From IMG/VR virus record IMGVR_UViG_3300028423_000904, positions 1 through 64,000 of that record: a stretch of 64,000 nucleotides of DNA; one strand, given 5' to 3'. This DNA comes from a virus. The position numbers were made by a program, and so were the translations under genes. Below the pieces are notes generated by a model, which ran no database searches, was not told where the DNA came from, and was given only the letters and a program-made list of their open reading frames with translations. This document shows, piece by piece, positions 1-10,800 of the stretch. Every line of letters begins with the position of its first letter. Within the stretch, counting starts at the first letter, position 1.

Positions 1-1599
1 AGCACGGCTTTCAGATATCTAACAAGTGATGTCAAAGAACAAATTACAATTGAAGCCAGAACAGTTGGTGAATTTGTAAAAGAATTTGAAAGAAAATACA
101 ACGAATCATTGTTAAACGAATGGGCAGTTAATGCGAATGCTGGTGTTTACATTGATGAATACTATTTTGAATTTGACGAAACAACTGAAGACTGGGCTAA
201 CTGGAAATTTGAAATTCTGGATCAAGAATTTGAAGCAAGTGGTGCCAACTTTGTAGGAATTCCAGGACAAAATCCCAAACTACAAGTGACAGTCAATAAC
301 GGAACAAACATCATGAGTTTGTTTAGCCAGGTATTACAGCTCACGGCTGAATATAAGAAAATTCTATTAACTCAAGACCGTTATACAAAAACAGGAAAAC
401 AACGAACTGCTAGAAATAAACCAGAAGAAACAACTTCAGAAACTCTAGATGCATTTCCAACATTCTTTAAAATGATTCCCAGTGTTGAATATGGAAATTT
501 TGATCTTATTTCTAACAAGTATCAGAAATTGATCAAATTCAAGTTAAAAGCTTACGTGGTTACCGATGAAGTGATTGATGCAAACGCTTACCAATCCACT
601 GTTACAAATGAAAAAGCACAGGATAGTCGTGTTACTAATCTGATTGCAAATAATTTTTTAAGAAAGAAATATGATTATTATTATACAGGAAGAAATACCG
701 AAGTTATCGAATTTGATATAAAATTTGATTATGCGTATTACTATGCTGTTCCTTATGGTGATGGTTATTTTGGAGATCCAGAAACACAGAATCCACAATA
801 CTACAAAGATTTGGATGAACAGATTAGCAGAACAAGAAGAAAGATTGCAGATGCTAGGAAAAATGTCCGTGATGCAAAAAGAACACTGGACAGAACAACG
901 TATTCTGCAGGACCCGCGGCGCCTATAGAAATACGAAACACATTACAACAATTCAATGACGCTTTTAGTAATTTTGAAGACGTGATAGCTCAATCGCAGC
1001 AAGATCTGGTTGAACTCTATGATTATGCTCCGGGATCTATTGATCATCCTTTGCGATTTGTTCAAGATGTTGTTCCTGACGATGACATGCTTACGAGTGA
1101 TAATAACCGATACAGTGGAAATTTGAAATTTGGTGCAGTAAAAATGAATCTGGAAAATACCGCTGACCTTGTCAAGATTGAATTGGTAATACGCGGTGAT
1201 CCTTACTGGCTAGGGGTGCCAAACAGTTATATTAATAGCACAAGTGATGTGGATGAACTTGCTGACTTTGAAGCAGGGTCAGTGAATTTTTTCTTGAATG
1301 TGAATTTTCCGACACAAAATGAAGACCAAGACGGTAGAAGAAAGCCATCACCAGATTACCAACTTAGTGGTCTGTATACTGTGCGCAATGTAATTAATCG
1401 ATTTGAAAATGGACAATTTGTTCAATATTTGAGTGCGGTGCGTGACCTTGTTACTAATACATCAACAGTATATGAAAAACTATCTAACAATACTACCGTA
1501 AGAGATGCCTTGCAGAGAAGGGCAAGTTTTTCTAGAGAAGCACAGGATGCAGCACAGCGTTTCGAGGATTCTCGTCCAAATAACACAGGAAACAACTAA
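1..1599 (+). CDS. Baseplate hub / tail structural protein, 5'-partial (frame open from base 1)
   Basis: Frame of ORF 109..1599 has no stop back to base 1; C-terminal IRGDPYWL and SGLYTVRNVINRFENGQFVQYL motifs resemble gp27/late-control-D-like hub proteins; lies directly before the gp5-like gene. Confidence 0.55.
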   Translation, partial: STAFRYLTSDVKEQITIEARTVGEFVKEFERKYNESLLNEWAVNANAGVYIDEYYFEFDETTEDWANWKFEILDQEFEASGANFVGIPGQNPKLQVTVNNGTNIMSLFSQVLQLTAEYKKILLTQDRYTKTGKQRTARNKPEETTSETLDAFPTFFKMIPSVEYGNFDLISNKYQKLIKFKLKAYVVTDEVIDANAYQSTVTNEKAQDSRVTNLIANNFLRKKYDYYYTGRNTEVIEFDIKFDYAYYYAVPYGDGYFGDPETQNPQYYKDLDEQISRTRRKIADARKNVRDAKRTLDRTTYSAGPAAPIEIRNTLQQFNDAFSNFEDVIAQSQQDLVELYDYAPGSIDHPLRFVQDVVPDDDMLTSDNNRYSGNLKFGAVKMNLENTADLVKIELVIRGDPYWLGVPNSYINSTSDVDELADFEAGSVNFFLNVNFPTQNEDQDGRRKPSPDYQLSGLYTVRNVINRFENGQFVQYLSAVRDLVTNTSTVYEKLSNNTTVRDALQRRASFSREAQDAAQRFEDSRPNNTGNN

Positions 1600-3350
1600 T
1601 GAGTATCAATAGAAGCAGTGATACGTATAGTCGTAAAGTCAGGCCACAATACAATCAAAATGTGATGAATAAGGGTCTTAAAATTCCTGCAGGAATTTAT
1701 CGTGGCATTGTGGTTGATAACAAAGATCCTAGTAAAGAAGGTCGAGTAAAAGTTCAAATAATGAAATTTTATGGAACCTTTAATACTTCTGAAGAAACTT
1801 CGACCAATGTTGATCCTGAAAAATACCTTGGTGCAATGTGGTGCCGCACCACACTTCCTTTTGGTGGTGTAACACCTCCTGCAGAAGGTCCAAATGGAGG
1901 AATCAGTCAGAATCCATATGGGTTTGTTGGGCAACCACCAGAACTCAACAATGAAGTGATCGTAGCATTTAGTGGTGATACGCACAGTGGTATTGTTTTG
2001 GGAGTTTTGCTTGATCCAAAAACTTACAGCAATAGCAACGGACCAAGAACTCGTCAAACTGCGTCAGGAAAAACCACACTAGGACAAGAACAATCCAAAA
2101 CAATGGAGTCACCTGATCAGCCGCCTGATGAACACCCACAAGCCGCTGCTATTCGAAAACAAGGGTTAGAGCGGGACCGTATACGTGGTCAAAACTTCAG
2201 TTCTCCTACACGAGATCCTAGTTCGCGAACAATGGGTTTGTCAAGCCCAGCAGGGCACGCTATTATACTTGATGACGGAGATCTTGAAGATAGCGACAAC
2301 TTGCTCATGCGTATGCGCACAGCAGGTGGTGCGCAAATACTCATGGACGACACGAACGGTCTTACATATATCAATAACCGTGAAGGAAATGTATGGATTG
2401 AGATGAATCGTCATGGGGATATTGACATTTATGCCGGTAGCACGATTAATATCCATACACCAGGTGATATGAATTATCATTGTGGGGGTAGTTTTAATCT
2501 CCAAGCAAATGCAGATATCAATATGAAAGCTCTGGGATCTATCAAGATGCAAGCTACAGCTGGTCCTTTTGATATTACTTCAGGATCAAATTTGAATCTG
2601 ACAGCAGATGGCAATGGAAATCTTTCAATTGCTGGTAATTATCGTGAAACCGCTGCACGTATCGACATGAATGGTCCTGCGGCTGAAGTTGCGGCCCAGC
2701 CTGCTCCCAGTCAGCTCGCAGGCAATACAGGCGTCACAGAGAGCGTGTCACGCAGGGTTCCAGAAGCAGAGCCTTGGGCTGGACATTTGGATGTGAGTGT
2801 GCTTGACGAAGGCTCTGCTAGTGGTGCAGTTGCTCAAGGTGAAAACAATAGCTATTATTATGGGGCTCCGGTTGATCTATCAAGCTATAATGACCAGACT
2901 GGCGAATTTGACCTCAATGATTTCCCTGCATCACAGAGTGACTCACAATTCCTTACATTTTCTAGTAATGTGGATACCCGTATTGATCCTAAACTGATAT
3001 CAATGGTTGAAGAAGTTGCCCGAAGATTTGGAAGGCCTCTTACTGTCACATCAGGTTTCCGTTCTCCTAGCTACAATGCAAAAGTAGGCGGCGCAAAGAA
3101 ATCACAACACCAACTTGGTCACGCAGTTGACATTTCAGGAAACGGCCTATCAAATCAGGACCGGCTAGACTTGATCGCAATTGCAAGTGCAGTAGGAATT
3201 CGCGGTATTGGTGTTTACAATAGTGGAAGTATGCATTTTGATAATCGAGATGGAGCAAGAGCAGGCTGGGGAAGTGATTATACACGTAACAGTGTTCCAA
3301 GTTATGCAGTGAACACCATGAACAAACACCGTAGCGGAGGATTTGCATAA
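1599..3350 (+). CDS. gp5/VgrG-like baseplate central spike with C-terminal Zn peptidase M15 domain
   Basis: N-terminal OB-fold motif YRGIVVDNKDPSKEGRVKV and PELNNEVIVAF; beta-helix-like repeats; C-terminal SGFRSPSYNAKVGGAKKSQHQLGHAVDI...MHFD M15 motif. Confidence 0.85.
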   Translation: MSINRSSDTYSRKVRPQYNQNVMNKGLKIPAGIYRGIVVDNKDPSKEGRVKVQIMKFYGTFNTSEETSTNVDPEKYLGAMWCRTTLPFGGVTPPAEGPNGGISQNPYGFVGQPPELNNEVIVAFSGDTHSGIVLGVLLDPKTYSNSNGPRTRQTASGKTTLGQEQSKTMESPDQPPDEHPQAAAIRKQGLERDRIRGQNFSSPTRDPSSRTMGLSSPAGHAIILDDGDLEDSDNLLMRMRTAGGAQILMDDTNGLTYINNREGNVWIEMNRHGDIDIYAGSTINIHTPGDMNYHCGGSFNLQANADINMKALGSIKMQATAGPFDITSGSNLNLTADGNGNLSIAGNYRETAARIDMNGPAAEVAAQPAPSQLAGNTGVTESVSRRVPEAEPWAGHLDVSVLDEGSASGAVAQGENNSYYYGAPVDLSSYNDQTGEFDLNDFPASQSDSQFLTFSSNVDTRIDPKLISMVEEVARRFGRPLTVTSGFRSPSYNAKVGGAKKSQHQLGHAVDISGNGLSNQDRLDLIAIASAVGIRGIGVYNSGSMHFDNRDGARAGWGSDYTRNSVPSYAVNTMNKHRSGGFA

Positions 3351-4060
3351 TGTTAAGATTTGTTGATCCAGATAAGAGAATTCAATGGGACACATTCACT
3401 GTTCAGGATGATTATGCAGCAAAATTTCGTATTAATGTTGGTGTTGCAACTGTCAGTGAAGATATGCTCAATTTAATGCTAGGGTTTAAAACCTGGAGCG
3501 GTGTAAGATATCTTAATGACGATGGCGAATATGAGATTGGTTATGGTATTGGTGATCCTGACGATGTCCAAGGATACACCGAATCACAAGCATATTCTGA
3601 ATGGATTGGCTGGGTTAAAAATCGTCAAAAAATACTAAGAGCACAATTGCCGATTGTTGGAATAACACAAACGGCGTTTGATGCGCTATTAGGTCTTTAT
3701 CTTGGAACAGGGACCTGGAGAACAGTGCAGTCAAATGAGGGCACATATGACTTGGCTGACGCTGTAAAAAATGCCAATTGGCTACTAGCCGCAGACATTA
3801 TTTCACGTTGTAATATTGAACCAGAACAGCGCCGCGCCGAGGCTCGTGTCATGCAACTTGCAGACTATACCAGTTTCAAAACTAGAAGACAGCAATCAGT
3901 TCAGGGCGTTCTTGATTTGAGGAAAAAATACGTGGTTGGAATTGCAAATGATTTTGACAAGAAACAAGCAGAATTTGTTTATTACAGGCAATTGGGCGTT
4001 TTCTTGCCTGGTATGTCACAGTTGAGACAGCGTAGAGTTATAAATCAAGCACTCACATAA
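3350..4060 (+). CDS. Lysozyme-like (GH24 fold) baseplate protein, probably catalytically degenerate
   Basis: YLNDDGEYEIGYG, TQTAFDALL and RRAEA motifs; the expected catalytic FEG appears as FKT. Confidence 0.6.
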   Translation: MLRFVDPDKRIQWDTFTVQDDYAAKFRINVGVATVSEDMLNLMLGFKTWSGVRYLNDDGEYEIGYGIGDPDDVQGYTESQAYSEWIGWVKNRQKILRAQLPIVGITQTAFDALLGLYLGTGTWRTVQSNEGTYDLADAVKNANWLLAADIISRCNIEPEQRRAEARVMQLADYTSFKTRRQQSVQGVLDLRKKYVVGIANDFDKKQAEFVYYRQLGVFLPGMSQLRQRRVINQALT

Positions 4061-4080
4061 ACTACGCAGATTTTCATGCC

Positions 4081-4087
4081 ATAAATA
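4081..4087 (+). promoter_or_regulatory. T4-type late promoter (same ATAAATA motif at 19000, 27134, 31937, 33287, 34677, 38448, 40079, 43154)
   Basis: ATAAATA recurs just upstream of gene starts; matches the T4 gp55 consensus TATAAATA minus its first base. Confidence 0.8.
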
Positions 4088-4092
4088 TAGAT

Positions 4093-4458
4093 ATGGCAAC
4101 ATTTATCGGCTTTTCAACATATGGCAAACGCACTGGCACCAGAGTTCTAGAAGATAAAGAACTTGCAAAACGTGATTTGCTGAATCATTTTTATACTCGC
4201 CGCGGCGAGCGTCTTGGTGAACCAGAATTTGGAAGTATTCTTCCTGAGCTAATTTTTGAACAATTTGAACAAGTCATTATTGATGCGGCTGATGATGATG
4301 TAAGAACAATTATCAACAGTGATCCGCGTTGGGATCTCGTTGATTACAGAATTAATATAGGTGAACAAAGTATTACTATAGAAGTTCAATTGCAATATAT
4401 TCCAGACTTGAGTGATGACACATTGAGGCTAGAATACAAGAACAACGAAGAGATTTAA
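4093..4458 (+). CDS. gp25: Baseplate wedge subunit gp25-like
   Basis: TRRGERLGEPEFGS...DPR motif, 121 aa, upstream of gp6-like gene. Confidence 0.9.
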   Translation: MATFIGFSTYGKRTGTRVLEDKELAKRDLLNHFYTRRGERLGEPEFGSILPELIFEQFEQVIIDAADDDVRTIINSDPRWDLVDYRINIGEQSITIEVQLQYIPDLSDDTLRLEYKNNEEI

Positions 4459-4461
4459 TTT

Positions 4462-7400
4462 ATGGCACAAAGCGTACGTCAAAGAAACCTGTTTGCAGCA
4501 GAAGATTATCGTTTAGTTTACGATAGTTTCAAACAGGCAAACTTTCAAGCTTACGATTATGATACAATTCGCGGAGCGTTGGTTGATTACATTCAACAAC
4601 AATATCCGGAAAATTTTAACGATTGGTTACAGAGTTCAGAATTTGTTGCGCTGATTGAGACACTTTCATTCTTAGCGCATTCCTTAGCATTTAGAATCGA
4701 TCAAGCAGGACGTGAAAATTTTCTAAGCACCGCCGAACGCCGTGCCAGCGTTTTAAGGATTGCTGACTTTCTTGGATATACACCAACAAGACATCAACCA
4801 GCTCGAGGACAACTGAAAATTGTGAGTATTCGAACAACTCAAGATGTTTATGATATCAATGGTAGCAGCCTTAAAAACACCACTGTGGATTTCGAAGATG
4901 ATTATCAGAATTTTCTTTTGGTCATGAACGAAATACTCAACCCAACTAATAAATTTGGCCGTCCAACAAATTCTACACGCATTGGTAGTATAAAAAATGA
5001 CATTTACTCGACCAATATTTCTGGAAACCGTGAAGTCACATATCCTTTCAATGCAGAAATTAATGGTAATCGTAATTCATTTGAAATCCACGGCGTGGAA
5101 ATCAATACAACAAAAAACATTTTACAAGAATCAGAACCAGACCCTGCAGGAAGTTTTGATCTTGTCTACAAAAATGATGGTCAGGGATTAGGCAGTAACA
5201 ACACAGGATTTTTCGTAGGATTCAAACAAGGAACATTAAAATTTAATGACATTAATGCTGATCAGGCTGTAAGTGACTTGCTTGTAGACCTGAATGAAAC
5301 AAATGTTAATAACAGTGATGTATGGGTTCAAGAAATTAATTCAGCAGGAGAGGTTCAAGATTCATGGACTAAAGTTGATTCTAGTTTTGGTGCAAATACC
5401 ATATTCAATAATATACGTCAGGACAATCGAAAACTCTATACAGTAAAAACCTTGGATAATGACAATATTAATATCCAATTTGGTGATGGTGTTTTTGCAG
5501 AGATACCTCGCGGATTAATCCGTATCTGGTACCGCACTGGTGTAAACCAAACATACGCACTCTCGCCTGATGATGTTGGCACAGTTTCATTTGGTTTTGA
5601 TTACGAAGCAGCAGACGGAAATTCTTATTCTGTCACATTTGGTTGTGAACTCCAAGAACCAGTAACAAACGCAGCATCACGTGAGTCAGTATCAAGTATC
5701 AAGAAAAATGCAGGACGTGTTTTTGCATCACAAGATAGAATGATTACAGCCGGTGATTATTCTGTATTTCCGCTTACAGTGAGTGAAAATATTCGAAAAA
5801 TTAAAGCTGTAAATCGCACATATTCTGGCCATTCAAGATTTATAAAACCACAAGACCCTACAGCAACATACCAGAGTGTCGATATGGTTTCAGATGATGG
5901 ATATATCTTTACTCAGGGTGTAACATACAGGACATCACTTGATTTGCCTTCAACACTTGGTAGTGACCAGATTTACGAGCGTTACCTTGCAGATATAATT
6001 GAAAATCCAGAAGTTATCAATTTGTTTTATGACAAGTATAGCGAAACAGAAGTAGATTTTTCTACATCAACTGGAAGCTATGAATGGCAGCAAATCACGT
6101 CTGGCTATAGGGGGTCGACTGGATATTTTACTTTGAACGGTGTTATTCAAAAATCAGGTCAAAATGCAACAAATGATTTAAACCTTGCACGTCCGGGGTC
6201 AATTATTGAGTTTATCGAAGCACCATATAATGAAGGAACATTGGGCGAACCTGGTGATTCATTAACAATAGTAAATCAAGGTAGTGAGTTTACTTCTGCA
6301 CCAACTGTTACTATTCGTGGAACAGGCACGGGAGCAGAAGCAGTCGCTACTGTTTCTGGCGGTCAGCTTGCCAGCGTAACACTTACCAATGGTGGATCAG
6401 GATATCAGAATCCAGTTATCGTTGAAATTTCAGGAGGTAGTGGTATCAATGCAGAAGTGGTTGCAACAGCTACCACGGCAAAGAAAAGTTGGGCTCGTGT
6501 TGTTGACATTGTTAATGAAGGACAAGGCATCACAGACTCAAATGGTAATCCAACTGGATTAACAAGTCGGGGACAAGGGGCGATTGTTTTAAACAAAGCA
6601 ATTCCAAATACTGCACGAGTTTCCAGAATCTTCCCAGCATACAAAAATGTATTTTCAGAAGAAGAAAAAGAGGAAATACTTGAAGAAATTTCAAACTTTA
6701 ATACGTTTGGATTGCGTTATGATGAAAATGATAACAGATGGAAAATCATCCGTGCTGGTGATTTGCCTGAACCAGATGAAAACAGTCCGGACAATTTTAG
6801 TTTTGCTAATGCTGGGGATCGAACAAGCAATAACCTTGACCATAGTTGGATCGTTCGAGTAGATTACAGTTCTGACGCATGGTCATTTGTTTCACGTCGT
6901 TCAAGGATTGTGTTTGGTTCTGATGAAAGGATACGTTTCTACAATCAAAACGGACGCCGTCGGTTTAATGTTGAAACAAACAAGCCAGAAAGAGATCGTA
7001 TTATTGTGAGCAAGATCAATACACGACCAAATGGAAGTGTTTATCCGATTAGTGAAGATTTGCCATTTTATGCTTACAAGTATTACACTGAGTCAGATGG
7101 TTATACTGACGATCGTAAAGTTATCGTGACATTGGCAGATGTTGATAATGACAATTATCCAGACAACCCACTGGCTTTCAAAACGCTTAGTGGTGCAAAC
7201 ACCATATACCTGGACACAACAACACAGGATGGTTTTGAATACACAGTTCGTTCAGATTCAGGAACCGCAGTAACAGGACGCGAGGACTTGACTTTTACTT
7301 GGAAACGCATTTCTGAATCAAATTATCGTATTGATCCTAGCCTGTCAAATATTATTGATGTTTATGTTCTTAACCAGAATTATGACACTAAATATCGTGA

Positions 7401-7887
7401 ATGGATTGCTGATGATCGTATTTCTGGTAACCAGCCTAGCCCGCCTACAGAGGTGGAATTGGAAAAACAATTTACTAGCTTGGATTCCAAGAAAGCTATT
7501 AGTGATTCAATTGTATATCGGGCAGCTGAATACAAAGTTCTATTTGGTGAGCTAGCCGATGTTGAACTGCAAGGTAGGTTTAAAGTTGTGAAAGTTTCAG
7601 GAACTACACTAACTGATAATGAAATAAAATCAAGAGTGTTGGATGCTATCAAAGAATTCTTTGATATTGAAAATTGGGATTTTGGAGAAACTTTCTACTT
7701 CACTGAACTTTCAGCATATATTCACCAACAACTTCCTGGCGTTATCAGCAGCGTTGTGATTGTTCCAACGCAGAGCAATAGTGTTTTTGGAGACCTATTC
7801 CAGGTTATTCCGGAAAGCAACGAGCTATTCTTGCCTGACGTAACACTTGTCGATATTGATATTGTCGACTCACTAAACACAATTTAA
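4462..7887 (+). CDS. gp6: Baseplate wedge subunit gp6-like
   Basis: YDYDTIR, RENFLSTAERRASVLRIADFLGY, IQFGDGVFAEIP, QDRMITAGDY motifs. Confidence 0.9.
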   Translation: MAQSVRQRNLFAAEDYRLVYDSFKQANFQAYDYDTIRGALVDYIQQQYPENFNDWLQSSEFVALIETLSFLAHSLAFRIDQAGRENFLSTAERRASVLRIADFLGYTPTRHQPARGQLKIVSIRTTQDVYDINGSSLKNTTVDFEDDYQNFLLVMNEILNPTNKFGRPTNSTRIGSIKNDIYSTNISGNREVTYPFNAEINGNRNSFEIHGVEINTTKNILQESEPDPAGSFDLVYKNDGQGLGSNNTGFFVGFKQGTLKFNDINADQAVSDLLVDLNETNVNNSDVWVQEINSAGEVQDSWTKVDSSFGANTIFNNIRQDNRKLYTVKTLDNDNINIQFGDGVFAEIPRGLIRIWYRTGVNQTYALSPDDVGTVSFGFDYEAADGNSYSVTFGCELQEPVTNAASRESVSSIKKNAGRVFASQDRMITAGDYSVFPLTVSENIRKIKAVNRTYSGHSRFIKPQDPTATYQSVDMVSDDGYIFTQGVTYRTSLDLPSTLGSDQIYERYLADIIENPEVINLFYDKYSETEVDFSTSTGSYEWQQITSGYRGSTGYFTLNGVIQKSGQNATNDLNLARPGSIIEFIEAPYNEGTLGEPGDSLTIVNQGSEFTSAPTVTIRGTGTGAEAVATVSGGQLASVTLTNGGSGYQNPVIVEISGGSGINAEVVATATTAKKSWARVVDIVNEGQGITDSNGNPTGLTSRGQGAIVLNKAIPNTARVSRIFPAYKNVFSEEEKEEILEEISNFNTFGLRYDENDNRWKIIRAGDLPEPDENSPDNFSFANAGDRTSNNLDHSWIVRVDYSSDAWSFVSRRSRIVFGSDERIRFYNQNGRRRFNVETNKPERDRIIVSKINTRPNGSVYPISEDLPFYAYKYYTESDGYTDDRKVIVTLADVDNDNYPDNPLAFKTLSGANTIYLDTTTQDGFEYTVRSDSGTAVTGREDLTFTWKRISESNYRIDPSLSNIIDVYVLNQNYDTKYREWIADDRISGNQPSPPTEVELEKQFTSLDSKKAISDSIVYRAAEYKVLFGELADVELQGRFKVVKVSGTTLTDNEIKSRVLDAIKEFFDIENWDFGETFYFTELSAYIHQQLPGVISSVVIVPTQSNSVFGDLFQVIPESNELFLPDVTLVDIDIVDSLNTI

Positions 7888-7896
7888 GGTATATAA

Positions 7897-10800
7897 ATGT
7901 CTACAAACTATAGTGCCAAACCAACTGATGTAAAGAATTTCACAACTAGTGCAGAAGTCAATCTGCCACAAGATTTTCAAGACTATAGTGAATTTCTACC
8001 TCACATTAATCGCACAGAATCACTTCAGAGATTCTTTGGCGCTACAGTCAACCAACTGTTAAGCAGTGGCTCAACTCAAACAATCGATGCGTTCTGGGGT
8101 AGATTAAGTGGTCGAGACTATAATCCAGACCGTGATATTTTCAATCCTGAAACTAGTGCTGATCGTTTGAATTACCAGTTTCAGCCAGGCACAGTGTCCA
8201 AACTAGCAGGTGAACCACAACAAACTGTTTCTTATGTAAACTGGCTCAAGCGTTTGGAAAGCTTAGGCGCTGATCTAGACAACCATGACCGCGTATTCAG
8301 TGAACCAGGGTATGTTCTTGATCTGCCAATCAATACTGATATGTTTGTCAATTACGACAATTATTACTGGCTTGAAGGTGACATTCCACTGATTGAGATT
8401 GAAGCTACTGTTACTGATCCGATTGACATCGACGATATTGTTGCGGTTTCAGAATATACTACACCGACTCTTGGTAACTATAAAACTGTTGAATTTGTTA
8501 CAGGACTAAGAGTAAAATTCATAGGTGATTACGTTTCAAGCACTAGTGGTGATTACAGTGCAGACGCAATTTATTTTGTGGAAAATGTCGGAGATCGTGA
8601 CGGTATCAAACTTGTTGAAATTCAGGATGCAGCAGGGAATGACAGGTTTCCACGATATACTCCATATTACATTCAGCCGCGTGAAGGATGGGATACTGTA
8701 GATTGGGATACAACTCCCTGGGATGGTTTTGCTGATTTTGAAGAATATAATATTTCAACAACAGAAACACGAGAAGATCTTGCGCTAAACAAATCTTATA
8801 TTGTAATGGAACGATGGGCTGAAGACAAAAACCCATGGGCAAGAACCAATCGCTGGTTTTCAATTCATGCATTAAGAGTTGCAACAGAATATAATGAACT
8901 TGATCTCGAGGCATATCTGAATAATAAAACTCGTGCAAAGAGACCAATTGTTGAATTCCAAGCAAACATGGAGCTCTATAATACATGCTCAACATTTGTT
9001 GAAACAATTGATTATGTCATTAGTATTGAACAGCTAACAGAAATGCTTTCTGGCCGCGCTAATTTCTTTATTGATAGTGAAAACGCAATTCAGAATGGAG
9101 ACACTATTCTTGTTGCAAAAGACGAACCAGGAGGTATTGAACTTGTAGAATTTAACGAAGACTTTAACGATGACTTTGATGCTGGCGAATCAAGCGATGG
9201 GCCTTTCGGCACCTCATTCAGCAAAGCATTTAATATCGGTATTCAAAACATTTTCTACGAAGATTCTTTTACTATAACTGGAGTTGGATCATCAATCAGT
9301 ATTACGCCTTATAATTCCTATAATAATGATGAATATATTATTGTTAAAAAAGGAACGGAAAAGGGTAAAATTTATTGCTATGATAATGGGACCTGGTCTG
9401 AAGCACAAACAAAAGAAACTCGTGGTTCACATCCTCTGTTCAATTTGTATGATCAGGAAAAAACAGCTCTAGAAAGTTTTGACAATACTGATTTCCAAGG
9501 CGACAAAGTTTTTGGTTATAAAACAAGTTCTGCAGGAATTTATGATCGTGAATTGGGAATGAGTCCTGAATATACGAACGATGGTGTATTCGGTAACTTC
9601 CGATTTGAATGGACACTGACAAATAACAGATATAATCAGGACATTACTATTAACACAGCAGAGGAAATACGTGGTTTCTATTTCTGGAGAGACCGTGTTC
9701 GTGATGAATATTTTAATGGCTGGTCAAATATAAGAGGATCTCAGCGCGTCCCTCTAATACAGACACAAGTCTCAGATGGTGATAATCAGATTGAATTTGA
9801 ATTAGGCACAACTGAAATTGATCATACAACTGAGTATACTGTGAGCTTGGTGGACGGTGCATATCGTTGGTATGATCATAGCTACATTGATCGCACACCA
9901 ATTGGTTATGCCAATCCAGAATTTGTTTGGAAATATGACACAGAATATACTATTAACGACTTGATCAGTGTTCCTGCTGATAAGTTAGAGTTTGTTGATC
10001 CTTATGGCAACACAGACGCGAATATTACTGTTGCCACAGTTAGTGATGTTCTTAAGAAAGTCGAAATTTCCTCGTCATATGATTATGGTGTTGTTTTGTA
10101 TCGTATGCAAAGCGATCCAACAGTTTATGGAGAAATTCATCTTACTAATGAAAATCATGAACGAGTTCGTGTTTATAAGAATGGACAAATTTTGTCAATT
10201 GACGATGATTACACCATTAGCGGAACCACTCTATCAGTAACAGCGGATTGTCAGGAAGACGATGTTGTTGAACTAATGTATGTTGCTGATACTGATCTAG
10301 AAAATGTTGTTTATGACGTTGCACCAGTTCATTTCTACAACAATGAAAACAATCCGTTTACTGAAGCAGGTTATGATGATCTTATTAATCACCTCTCTCG
10401 CCAGCTTTCCGCAATGCCAGGGTTTGAAGGTGATATTTTTGGACTAAACAATTACCATAAAACATTGCGTTTGAATACATACGATGGTCTTATTCGTCAG
10501 CAAATTCATCGCACCAAATTGTTGCATTATCTACTCGATCAGGAAAATATTAATCCTATCCGTGCTCTCAAAACCAATGCAAAAGATTATGCAAACTTTA
10601 AGAAATACTTTAGAAATAAAATTCACCAGCTGTGGAAAACAGAAAGCTGGAACAGTGTTCGTGAATTGGTTGATCGAGCAATTTCAGATATCAATATTGG
10701 TAAAAATAATGATTTCAAATATGCACATTCTGACATGCTTTATGCATCGCAGTATAAGACGTTAACTTATGAAATCACAGATGCAACAACTACATTTGCA

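Noticed and set aside
4061-4075. TACG(C/T)(A/G)G motif upstream of late promoters at 4081 and 27134
   Set aside because: Only two loose instances at different spacings; not enough to call
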